Positions 10,991 to 19,326 of a stretch of DNA of 64,000 nucleotides are shown in pieces. Every line of letters starts with the position of its first letter. The stretch's first letter is position 1. Where the stretch lies: assembly GCA_965203805.1 (NCBI GenBank), contig OZ241917.1:4288001-4352000 (forward strand), given 5' to 3'. The DNA is from Candidatus Latescibacterota bacterium (GTDB taxonomy: Bacteria > Latescibacterota > UBA2968 > GCA-2709665). A model generated the notes under the pieces. The model was not told the origin of the DNA. It did no database searches and was given only the letters and a program-made list of their open reading frames with translations. Made by a program: the position numbers and the translations under genes.

Positions 10991-12121
10991 TTACGTGCCG
11001 AACTCCTGCGCGAGTCGGACAAAATCGCCGAACCCGATGCGGCCGTCTCCGTCCAGGTCAAACCTTGTCTCGAAGTCCGGGTCCCCTGTTTCGGAACCGA
11101 ACGCCTTCGCGAAAATCAGGAAATCGCTGAAGTCCACCCGGCCGCTGCCGTCGAAATCCGCCGATTTGTCCCCGACGCTGACAGTCACCGCGGGCAGGAT
11201 GCCTTCGCCGTAGTTCCATCCGGTCCCCCATGTCACCGTCTTCATTTCCGCATCCGCAGATCCGACGTGGTACCAGAGATCCAAACTGTTGTGGGACTCA
11301 TGCACCTCCATGACGATTCCGTTGTCCAGCGCGACGCTGGGAGCGATACCCCGATCGAATCTTGTCGCTTTCCCCCACTCCACGGTCTTGCGTCCCGGAT
11401 CCAGGATACCCACGCGATACCACAGGCGAAGCCCGCTGATTGACTCATGCATCTCCACGACCAGGCCATCGTCCATATCCACGGAGGGCGTCCGGCCGCC
11501 ATCGTATTCCTGCGCGTCACCCCACGCGATAGACTTCGAAGTGGTATCCACGGCGCCCACATTGTACCACAGTTGCTCACCTTCTTCGGACTGGTGGACC
11601 TCCACGACCACTCCGTCAGACAACGCCACCGAAGGGAACCGCCCCCCGTCGAACTTCTCCGAACTGCCCCAGACAATCGAATCGGCCGCGGCATCCACGA
11701 TGCCCACGTGGTACCACAGGTTTGTGCCGATATGCGACTGGTGCATCTCCACCACGACCCTGCCGTCCAGCGCTACCATCGGGTACTGGCCCGCATCGAA
11801 CCTCCGCCCCGCGCCCCACCGGATCGTCTTTGTCTCCGCGTCGACCGTGCCGACCTTGTACCACAGATTCGTTCCCTGGTGGGACTGGTGTACCTCCACG
11901 ACAAGCCTGCCGTCCACGGCGACGGACGGGAACCGGCCGTCGTCGTGCGCGCCTACCTCACCCCAGTCGACGGTCTCTGACCGGGCGTCAATCACGCCGA
12001 CCCGGTACCGCAACTCCGTTTCTTCTTCCTCCTGGTGCATCTCCACAACCACGTCGGCCGCCGGAATCGAAAACCCCCAGAGGCACGCACCCAGAAAAAT
12101 CGCGAATCGAACGGCTCGCAT
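10991..12121 (-). CDS. Secreted protein with six 49-aa repeats and a C-terminal dockerin/EF-hand-like module
   Basis: Signal peptide; repeats VVE[VM]H[QE]S..LWY.VG..D...WG...D.G..PSVA; tail ADFDGSGRVDFSDF...DLDGDGRIGFGDF. Confidence 0.85.
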   Translation of the reverse strand: MRAVRFAIFLGACLWGFSIPAADVVVEMHQEEEETELRYRVGVIDARSETVDWGEVGAHDDGRFPSVAVDGRLVVEVHQSHQGTNLWYKVGTVDAETKTIRWGAGRRFDAGQYPMVALDGRVVVEMHQSHIGTNLWYHVGIVDAAADSIVWGSSEKFDGGRFPSVALSDGVVVEVHQSEEGEQLWYNVGAVDTTSKSIAWGDAQEYDGGRTPSVDMDDGLVVEMHESISGLRLWYRVGILDPGRKTVEWGKATRFDRGIAPSVALDNGIVMEVHESHNSLDLWYHVGSADAEMKTVTWGTGWNYGEGILPAVTVSVGDKSADFDGSGRVDFSDFLIFAKAFGSETGDPDFETRFDLDGDGRIGFGDFVRLAQEFGT

Positions 12122-12206
12122 AACGTCCCTTCGTGGCATTGGAAAACCGGAGAATATCTTCAGAAGCTGTCTTTAAATCCCCAGCGGTCGGAGCGGTTCC
12201 CGGCGC

Positions 12207-12962
12207 CTATTTCAGGCAGAAGCCCCCGTCCACTTTCAGGATCGTACCCGTGATATAATCCGCCGCGTCGGAACAGAGAAACGTCGCCGCTTTGCCCAGG
12301 TCTTCAATGGTGGCCAGCCGGCCCCACGGCAAGCCCTCGGCGGCTTCTCTGATCTGCTCGTCCGTGGCGAATTGGCGTTCGCCGGGCGTGTCGGTATAGC
12401 CGGGTTCGATCACGTTGGCGCGGATCCGGTGCGGGGCGAGTTCAGCCGCGATAGTACGGCACATCTGGTTAATGCCCGCCTTGGCCGAATTGTACGCCAT
12501 GGACGTCGGCATCGGCACCTCCGCCAGCACGGAACTGATGAACAGGATGCTGCCGCCGCCACCCTGGTCCACCATCTGCCGCGCGCCGGCTTGGGCCGTG
12601 TGAAAGCTGCCCCACAGGCAGACCTCCCAGGTCCTCCGTACCGCCTGCGTCGACAGTTCCAAAAAAGGTTCGCGCTTGCTGTAATAGGCATTGGCCACGA
12701 CAGTATCGAGCCTGCCGAACCGGCTCACCGCTGCTTCCACCATCCGGTCCACCGCCGCCCGATCCGACACATCGGCCTGCACCACGATCGCTTCCCGACC
12801 CTGTGCGCGGACTTCGTTCGCAACGTCTTCCGCGTCTTCCGGATGCGAATGGTAATTCACGGCGATATCCGCGCCGGCACGGGCCATCTCCACCGCGCAA
12901 CCCCGTCCGATGCCCCTGGAAGACCCGGTTATCAATGCAACCCTGCCTGTCATATCGACCAT
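12207..12962 (-). CDS. SDR family oxidoreductase (FabG/glucose-1-dehydrogenase-like)
   Basis: TGSSRGIG, VANA, ISS, YNSAK, PGYTDT and VDGG motifs. RBS AGGAAGG before ATG 12962. Confidence 0.92.
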   Translation of the reverse strand: MVDMTGRVALITGSSRGIGRGCAVEMARAGADIAVNYHSHPEDAEDVANEVRAQGREAIVVQADVSDRAAVDRMVEAAVSRFGRLDTVVANAYYSKREPFLELSTQAVRRTWEVCLWGSFHTAQAGARQMVDQGGGGSILFISSVLAEVPMPTSMAYNSAKAGINQMCRTIAAELAPHRIRANVIEPGYTDTPGERQFATDEQIREAAEGLPWGRLATIEDLGKAATFLCSDAADYITGTILKVDGGFCLK

Positions 12963-13018
12963 AAGGACCCTTCCTGTTTCAAAATGCCGGCAGAATGGGA
13001 TGCGAGGGAACGGAAATA

Positions 13019-16000
13019 CTATCCTTCTGCGGACCCTCCTGGAGATCCCGCGCCCGCCTGAACGGGATCGTCCAACGTATCTCTCACGGTTCGTTCCACC
13101 TGCTGGCCCTGCGCTTTCTGCCGGCGGGTTTCCCGATGCGTTTCGCGATAGCGATCCGGAATCACCAGTTCGTCGCCATGGTCTGGCGCGTGCGGCGCAA
13201 CCTTCCAGAATTTGGGCAGAAATCTGTCCCATCGGGTGATGATGGCGCTCGCCCGGCGGCTGTTGGTGTTTTCGAGGTGCCTCCCGATCATCTTTTTCAG
13301 CAGGGCGACGTCGTCCGGCTGGCTGACGCGTTCGATGCGGACGAGTTGCGGGTTGTATCGGTTCACGAACGATCCCTCCTCGTCCAGCACGTACGCGGTC
13401 CCGCCCGTCATTCCGGCGCCGAAGTTCCTTCCCGCGCTTCCCAGAACGATCACAGCGCCCGCGGTCATGTACTCACATCCATGGTCGCCCACGCCCTCCA
13501 CCACCGCATGACCCCCGCTGTTTCGCACGCAGAATCTCTCGCCCGCGCACCCTGCGGCGTAGAGCACGCCTCCGGTGGCGCCGTACATGACCGTGTTACC
13601 GACGATGGCGTTCCTGTGGCTGGGAAACCCGGCGTTGCCCGGCGGCCGCACGATGAGTTCTCCTCCGTGCATGCCCTTGCCGACATAGTCGTTGGCCTCG
13701 CCCGTCAGGACCAGCCGAAGACCGCGAATGCAGAAGGCGCCGAAGCTCTGCCCCGCACTGCCGCGGAATCGACACTCGATCGTACTGTCGAGACCGCGGT
13801 CTCCGTAATGAAACGCGATTTCTCCGGCCAGCTTGGCGCCGACCGCGCGTCTCGTGTTCTTGATTTCGTAACTCAGTGTAATCGAACTGTTCTCTTTAAT
13901 CGCATCGATTGCGTCCTGAAGCAGCAGGTCGTCAATCGACGCATCCGGCCTGTCGTTGCGCTCCCGGGTGTGCAGCCTGGGCCGGGTGCCCGCCGGGTCC
14001 GGGTCGGCCAACAGATCGCTCAGGTCGATTCCCTGCCACCTCTGCTTCTTCGGGTCGACAGTGGCATCCAGAATTTCGGTCCGGCCGATCAGGCTTTCAA
14101 GCGACCGGTACCCCAGCCCCGCGATGACCTCACGGACCTCGCCGGCCAGATTGGTGAAATAGCGGACCACGTGCTCCGGCGAGCCATTGAATTTCTCCCG
14201 CAATTCAGGCTTCTGCGTGGCCACGCCGACGGGACAGGTATTCAAGTGACACTGCCGGGCCATGACGCAGCCCATAGACACCAGCGCGGCGGTGCCGAAT
14301 CCGTACTCCTCAGCCCCGAGCGCGGCCGCGACGACCACGTCCCTGGCTGTTTTCAGGCCGCCGTCCACGCGAAGCATCACGCGGCCGCGCAGGTCGTTCA
14401 TTACCAGCGTCTGCTGTACCTCCGCCAGACCCAGTTCCCAGGGTCCGCCGGAGTGTTTGATCGCGCCCAGTGGCGAGGCGCCCGTGCCGCCGTCGTGCCC
14501 GCTGATGTGGACCACGTCCGCGTACCCCTTGACCACGCCAGCCGCGATCGTGCCGATGCCGGCCACCGAGACCAGTTTGACGCACACCTTTGCCCGGGGA
14601 TTCACCCGTTTCAGATCGTAGATCAGTTGCGCAATGTCTTCGATACTGTAGATGTCGTGATGAGGCGGCGGCGAAATCAGCGTGACTCCCGGTACGGAAT
14701 GGCGGATGAGCGCGATTTCCGCGGAAACCTTGTGTCCCGGAAGCTGCCCGCCCTCGCCCGGTTTGGATCCCTGCGCCATCTTGATTTCCAGTTCCTTCGC
14801 CGAAGCCAGGTATGCGGGCGTAACGCCGAACCTGCCGGACGCCACCTGTTTGATGGCGCTGTTGGGCCAGTCTCCGTTGGGTCGTCGCCGATAACGGTCC
14901 GGGTCTTCCCCGCCTTCACCGCTATTGCTCTTGGCGCCAATGCGGTTCAACGCAATGGCCAGCGTTTCGTGCGCCTCCCGCGAAAGCGCGCCGTGCGACA
15001 TCGCGGAGGATACGAAGCGCCTGCAGATGGCTTCGGCAGGCTCCACCTCGTCGAGCGGGACGGCGCTTCCATTCCGGAATGCCATCAGATCACGCAGCGA
15101 AGCCGCGGGCCGCCCCTCGACCAAACGCGAGTAGGCCGCGAAATCCTCGTAGTTTCCGGATTTGGCCACACTGTGGATGGCCTTGAAGACCGGGGGATTG
15201 AAGGCATGGTACTCGCCGTCCCGCCGGAACCGGTAGATGCCCGCGTCGTTCATCGAGGGCGACCCGTCCGGCTGGAAGGCCAGCAGGTGTCTCTCGGCAG
15301 CGTCGTTCGCGATTTCCGCGAGTCCGATGCCGCCAACCTGGGATACCGTACCTGAGAAGAACCGGTCCACAAGGTCCGAGTGCAGGCCCACGGCGTCGAA
15401 GATCTGAGCGCCGCAATAGCTGCTCAGTGTGGATATTCCCATCTTGCAGATCACCTTCAGGATCCCCGCCTCCAGCGCGCGCCGGTAGTTGTCCAGCGCT
15501 TTCGCGTAGGTGATTTCGCCTTCCAGCCTGCCGGTCCGGATCAGATCGTTCAGGTTTTCGTATACAAGGTAAGGATTCACCGCGCTGGCGCCGTAACCGA
15601 TCAATGAAGCGATATGGTGGACTTCCCTGGGCTCACCCGATTCCACAATCAGGCTCGCCTGCATCCGCTTCCCTTCCCGGATGAGATGATGATGGACGGC
15701 GCCCACGGCAAGAAGCATGGGGATGGGCGCGTGGTTTGCGTCCACGCCGCGGTCGCTCAGAATCAGCAGGGTCTTTCCGGACTCGACCGCTCGCAACGCA
15801 CGGCGGCACATCCTGTCCAGTGCCCGTCGCAGGCCCTCGGCCCCCTCCGAGGGTACAAACAACGCAGACACCGATTCGCTTTCGAACGCCGGCAACCCGG
15901 AGCTTGCGAGCCTGCGGAATTCGGAATCCAGCAGCACCGGGGAGGGGATGCGGACCAGCCGCGCGTTCCCCGCCTTCTCTCGGAATATATTCCTCCGTCG

Positions 16001-17629
16001 CCCCAGCAGTAAGTCGAGAGACATCACCAGTTCTTCCCGCAGGGGGTCGATCGGCGGATTCGTGACCTGCGCGAACCGCTGCGTAAAGAAATTGTACAGT
16101 AGCTGGGGCCGCTCGGACAACATGGCCAGAGGCGTGTCATCTCCCATGGATCCGACCGGCTCCTTGCCGTCGTTCGCCATGGGTACCAGCACATATTCGA
16201 TTTCGTCGGCAGTATACCCGAATGCCAGTTGCCTCCGGGCCAGGTCCGTCTGTTCGCCCACCGGCACGGGCTCGTTTTGGGCGTCCGTCTGTTCGAAACT
16301 GACCACGTTGTCCCTCACCCATCGCCGGTAGGGCCGGCGGCCGGAAAATCGGGACTTGATCTCGTCGTTTTTCAACAACACGCCCCGCCGCGTGTCCACT
16401 GCGATCATCTGTCCCGGTCCCAGGCGCCCTTTCTCCACGACGTGGCGGTCGTCCATCTCGAGCATCCCGACCTCCGAACCCATAACGATCAGGCCGCTCT
16501 CCGTTATCTTGTACCGTGCGGGCCGCAACCCGTTCCGGTCCAACGTGGCGCCCACGACCGCGCCGTCGCTGAACGCGACAGCGGCGGGCCCGTCCCAGGG
16601 TTCCATCAGACAATCGTTATATTCATAAAATCCGCGAAGATCCTCGGGTATGTCCGGGATTCCGCGATGCGCCTCCGGAATCAACATCATCATCGCGTGC
16701 ATCGGATTCCGTCCGGCAACCACCAGCGTTTCGAAGACATTGTCGAGCATCGCGGAATCGCTGCGGGCCGCATCGACAATGGGCTTGATCCGATCCAGAT
16801 ACCGCCCCCATGCCCTGGATTTGAGTTCCGACTCGCGCGCCCGCATCCAGTTCACATTTCCCCGCAGGGTGTTGATTTCGCCGTTGTGGGCCAGATATCG
16901 GAACGGTTGAGCCAGAAACCAGTCGGGCAGCGTGTTGGTGCTGTAGCGCTGGTGAAGGACGGCCAGCGAGGTTTCGAAGTCGGGATTCTGCAGGTCCCTG
17001 TAAAACCGCGCAAGCTGCGCGGCAACCATCATCCCTTTGTAGACGATCGTTCGGTTGGACAGCGAACAGATGTAACAGCCCTCGATCCCGTGCCGACGCA
17101 CGGATCTCTCCACCTGCCGTCGAACCAGGTACAGCGCCCGCTCGAACTCCGCTTCGGACATCCGGTTTCCCCGGGCGATAAGCACCTGCTGAATATCGGG
17201 CATCAGTTCCGCGGCCCGGTCGCCGAGGACCGTACGGTTCACCGGCACCGTCCGCCATCCGATCAGCACAAGCCCGTAATGGTCCGTCGCTTCGTCGACG
17301 ATAATCCGATACCGGTCGTTCGTTGTCGAGTCCTGGGACAGGAACAGCATGCCGATCGCCAGGTCCTCCGCTCGCGGCGCACTGTATCCAAGCCGTTCCG
17401 CCTCACGTACGATCAATCGCCCGGGGATCTGGGTGAGTACCCCCGCCCCGTCGCCGGTTTTCGCATCGGCATCCATCGCGCCCCGATGGGTCAGATTGGC
17501 CAGTCCGAGCACCGCGTGCCGCATGATTTCACTATTGCGATTGCCCCTGATATCCGCGACGAACCCCACCCCGCAGGCATCGTGCTCGAATTCCGGGCGG
17601 TAAAGCCCTTTTGTTGAGGTTACTTCCAT
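13019..17629 (-). CDS. gltB: Glutamate synthase large subunit
   Basis: EHDACGVG Ntn Cys, HQRYSTNT, HNGEINT, SNSGEGGE, QGSKPGEGGQLPG, 3Fe-4S motif CVMARQCHLNTC and a GXGXG domain. Confidence 0.97.
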   Translation of the reverse strand: MEVTSTKGLYRPEFEHDACGVGFVADIRGNRNSEIMRHAVLGLANLTHRGAMDADAKTGDGAGVLTQIPGRLIVREAERLGYSAPRAEDLAIGMLFLSQDSTTNDRYRIIVDEATDHYGLVLIGWRTVPVNRTVLGDRAAELMPDIQQVLIARGNRMSEAEFERALYLVRRQVERSVRRHGIEGCYICSLSNRTIVYKGMMVAAQLARFYRDLQNPDFETSLAVLHQRYSTNTLPDWFLAQPFRYLAHNGEINTLRGNVNWMRARESELKSRAWGRYLDRIKPIVDAARSDSAMLDNVFETLVVAGRNPMHAMMMLIPEAHRGIPDIPEDLRGFYEYNDCLMEPWDGPAAVAFSDGAVVGATLDRNGLRPARYKITESGLIVMGSEVGMLEMDDRHVVEKGRLGPGQMIAVDTRRGVLLKNDEIKSRFSGRRPYRRWVRDNVVSFEQTDAQNEPVPVGEQTDLARRQLAFGYTADEIEYVLVPMANDGKEPVGSMGDDTPLAMLSERPQLLYNFFTQRFAQVTNPPIDPLREELVMSLDLLLGRRRNIFREKAGNARLVRIPSPVLLDSEFRRLASSGLPAFESESVSALFVPSEGAEGLRRALDRMCRRALRAVESGKTLLILSDRGVDANHAPIPMLLAVGAVHHHLIREGKRMQASLIVESGEPREVHHIASLIGYGASAVNPYLVYENLNDLIRTGRLEGEITYAKALDNYRRALEAGILKVICKMGISTLSSYCGAQIFDAVGLHSDLVDRFFSGTVSQVGGIGLAEIANDAAERHLLAFQPDGSPSMNDAGIYRFRRDGEYHAFNPPVFKAIHSVAKSGNYEDFAAYSRLVEGRPAASLRDLMAFRNGSAVPLDEVEPAEAICRRFVSSAMSHGALSREAHETLAIALNRIGAKSNSGEGGEDPDRYRRRPNGDWPNSAIKQVASGRFGVTPAYLASAKELEIKMAQGSKPGEGGQLPGHKVSAEIALIRHSVPGVTLISPPPHHDIYSIEDIAQLIYDLKRVNPRAKVCVKLVSVAGIGTIAAGVVKGYADVVHISGHDGGTGASPLGAIKHSGGPWELGLAEVQQTLVMNDLRGRVMLRVDGGLKTARDVVVAAALGAEEYGFGTAALVSMGCVMARQCHLNTCPVGVATQKPELREKFNGSPEHVVRYFTNLAGEVREVIAGLGYRSLESLIGRTEILDATVDPKKQRWQGIDLSDLLADPDPAGTRPRLHTRERNDRPDASIDDLLLQDAIDAIKENSSITLSYEIKNTRRAVGAKLAGEIAFHYGDRGLDSTIECRFRGSAGQSFGAFCIRGLRLVLTGEANDYVGKGMHGGELIVRPPGNAGFPSHRNAIVGNTVMYGATGGVLYAAGCAGERFCVRNSGGHAVVEGVGDHGCEYMTAGAVIVLGSAGRNFGAGMTGGTAYVLDEEGSFVNRYNPQLVRIERVSQPDDVALLKKMIGRHLENTNSRRASAIITRWDRFLPKFWKVAPHAPDHGDELVIPDRYRETHRETRRQKAQGQQVERTVRDTLDDPVQAGAGSPGGSAEG

Positions 17630-17819
17630 GATGAACGTATTCTTCCTTCCTTGCAGATTGTAAAGTTCTGTTTAGCGATTACTAAGTTTCGATCCGTTCG
17701 AAATAGACTTTCAAGGGAAAGAGACATGATCCTGTCTATTACGAGGCCGAAACTGCGTTCCCGGCGGTTCCGAGCCTCAACTCTCCAATCACCTTTCTTT
17801 TTCTCCCTTAAATTCTCCC

Positions 17820-18170
17820 CACCCTCTAAATTCCCCTATTCCCCTGCCCTTTTTCTTGCTTCGCCCAAGAAAAAGGGCGAAAAAGAAGGGCGCCGCTCAA
17901 ACGCCGCGGGGCTGCTTTTCCGCGAACCGCCTTCGTGGTGGGAACGTGCGCAACTGCCCTGAAACCCTTGCAGGCGTTCCTGGACTTTCGTGCTGAACGG
18001 ACTCGCGCGGAAAAGCCCCCACTCCACCCTTCCGTCGACCTACCCCCTATCCCCCTTCCTGCGAGGAAGGGGGGAACGGTGATCCGCTCAGGGGCTCCCG
18101 GTTTTGCTTCAAGCTGTCTGCTCCCCCTCTCCCTCTGGGAGAGGGGGCCGGGGGGTGAGGGTCTCCCCGC
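17820..18170. repeat. Cluster of REP-like hairpins
   Basis: 13-bp stem GCCCTTTTTCTTG/CAAGAAAAAGGGC (17846-17878); CCCCCTTCCT-gcg-AGGAAGGGGG (~18051-18073); CCCCCTCTCCC..GGGAGAGGGGG followed by GGGGTGAGGG (~18123-18161). Confidence 0.7.
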
Positions 18171-18189
18171 TTTTTGCTGTTCCAAATTC

Positions 18190-18222
18190 AAAATGCCAGG
18201 ATCGGTTGGATCCTGGCATTTT
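18190..18222 (-). terminator. Intrinsic, possibly bidirectional terminator downstream of the ferredoxin gene
   Basis: Perfect 14-bp inverted repeat AAAATGCCAGGATC-N5-GATCCTGGCATTTT. Confidence 0.75.
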
Positions 18223-18260
18223 CTCCACGTCGCTTGAACGAGCGAAGAGCGTTCAACGCC

Positions 18261-18524
18261 TTACTCGAACGCCTTCGCATTGATTTCGATATATTCCTTC
18301 CATTCGTCAGGTGTATCGTCTTCCTCAAAAATCGCCTCGACCGGGCACTCGGGTTCGCACGCCCCGCAATCGATGCACTCATCCGGATGGATGTAGAGCA
18401 TCTGGCGTTGCTCGTCTTCCGGCAGGTTGGTTGCGTCGGGTTCGTAGATACAGTCGACCGGGCAGACCTCCACACAGGCCCTGTCCATCACGTCGATGCA
18501 TGGCTCGGCGATAATGTACGTCAT
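18261..18524 (-). CDS. FdxA-type dicluster ferredoxin
   Basis: MTYIIAEPC...CVEVCPVDCIY...IHPDECIDCGACEPECPVEAIF. Confidence 0.95.
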   Translation of the reverse strand: MTYIIAEPCIDVMDRACVEVCPVDCIYEPDATNLPEDEQRQMLYIHPDECIDCGACEPECPVEAIFEEDDTPDEWKEYIEINAKAFE

Positions 18525-18676
18525 TCTCTTCACCCCTTTCCTTGAGTCGGCCTACTGGTCAATCTTAAAGTGTGAAGTTCAGGTTCGTGAAGATCGAATC
18601 CGTCCGGAACGGGAATATCGGACAACTTCACGAGGGCGACCGGACTGCAATTGTCTTGGGCGCCAATGACACACGA

Positions 18677-18704
18677 AATATAGAACTTTCTTTCGGTTTG
18701 TCAA
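18677..18704 (-). promoter_or_regulatory. Putative sigma70 promoter of the ferredoxin gene
   Basis: Minus strand TTGACA-16 bp-TATATT. Confidence 0.5.
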
Positions 18705-18715
18705 GCGTCAAAAAG

Positions 18716-19297
18716 CTAAGAAATCGCATCAAAATGTAGAAGTGAGAGAGCGACGCTATCCCGGTAGCCGGAACGGATTCTGAGGGTGAATCTTCGCCCT
18801 GGATCCGAATCGTGTTCAATGTCGAATCCGGCGCCATTGTAGAGTTTCGCCAGCACCTGCTCAAGGTCCGGCCGAACGGCCTCCAGCGTTTCAACCGAAT
18901 TCGGCGCCAGCAGCCGGTCGTTCAGCACAAACAGGACTTCATCCAGACGGAAACTCGCACTTCCGGCCAGTATGGGGTCGGTCTCCAGCCTCCGGCAGGC
19001 TTTCAGGGCTGAAACGAAAGCGGCCTTCAGCCGATTCGGGAAGCTGCCGTTTGACGGCTGTTTGCGGTCGTAGAGGAGCCCGGTTTTTCCGTCCGTCCGA
19101 TCGATACTGTAATTAGCCTCGTGTCCCACCAGCAGGGTGACCGGCCCATTGTGCACGTGGCTGTAATCCGCCACATCCACGAGCACCTCGTCCGTCGTCA
19201 CCGGAATCCAGGTGTTGAAGACCCGGAACCAGGTTTCCGGCGCGATGTCCTGCCCGCTTTCGAGGTAGAACTTGATCTGAATTCTATATGCGTTCAT
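18716..19297 (-). CDS. Conserved hypothetical protein downstream of the nitrite/sulfite reductase
   Basis: Co-oriented ORF with LVDVADYSHVHNGP and LNDRLLAPN segments. No function recognised. Confidence 0.7.
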   Translation of the reverse strand: MNAYRIQIKFYLESGQDIAPETWFRVFNTWIPVTTDEVLVDVADYSHVHNGPVTLLVGHEANYSIDRTDGKTGLLYDRKQPSNGSFPNRLKAAFVSALKACRRLETDPILAGSASFRLDEVLFVLNDRLLAPNSVETLEAVRPDLEQVLAKLYNGAGFDIEHDSDPGRRFTLRIRSGYRDSVALSLLHFDAIS

Positions 19298-19326
19298 CGG
19301 TCAGAAACGTAAATCGGGAAATACCC

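Noticed and set aside
11170-12050. 147-bp periodic DNA repeat as an array
   Set aside because: Explained by in-frame protein repeats of the secreted protein.
12995-15355. 786-aa plus-strand ORF
   Set aside because: Antisense shadow of gltB, typical of high-GC DNA, with no recognisable motifs.
17651-18237. Small ORFs or an IS in the gltB upstream region
   Set aside because: They are translations of REP-like hairpins, with no transposase motif or terminal inverted repeats.
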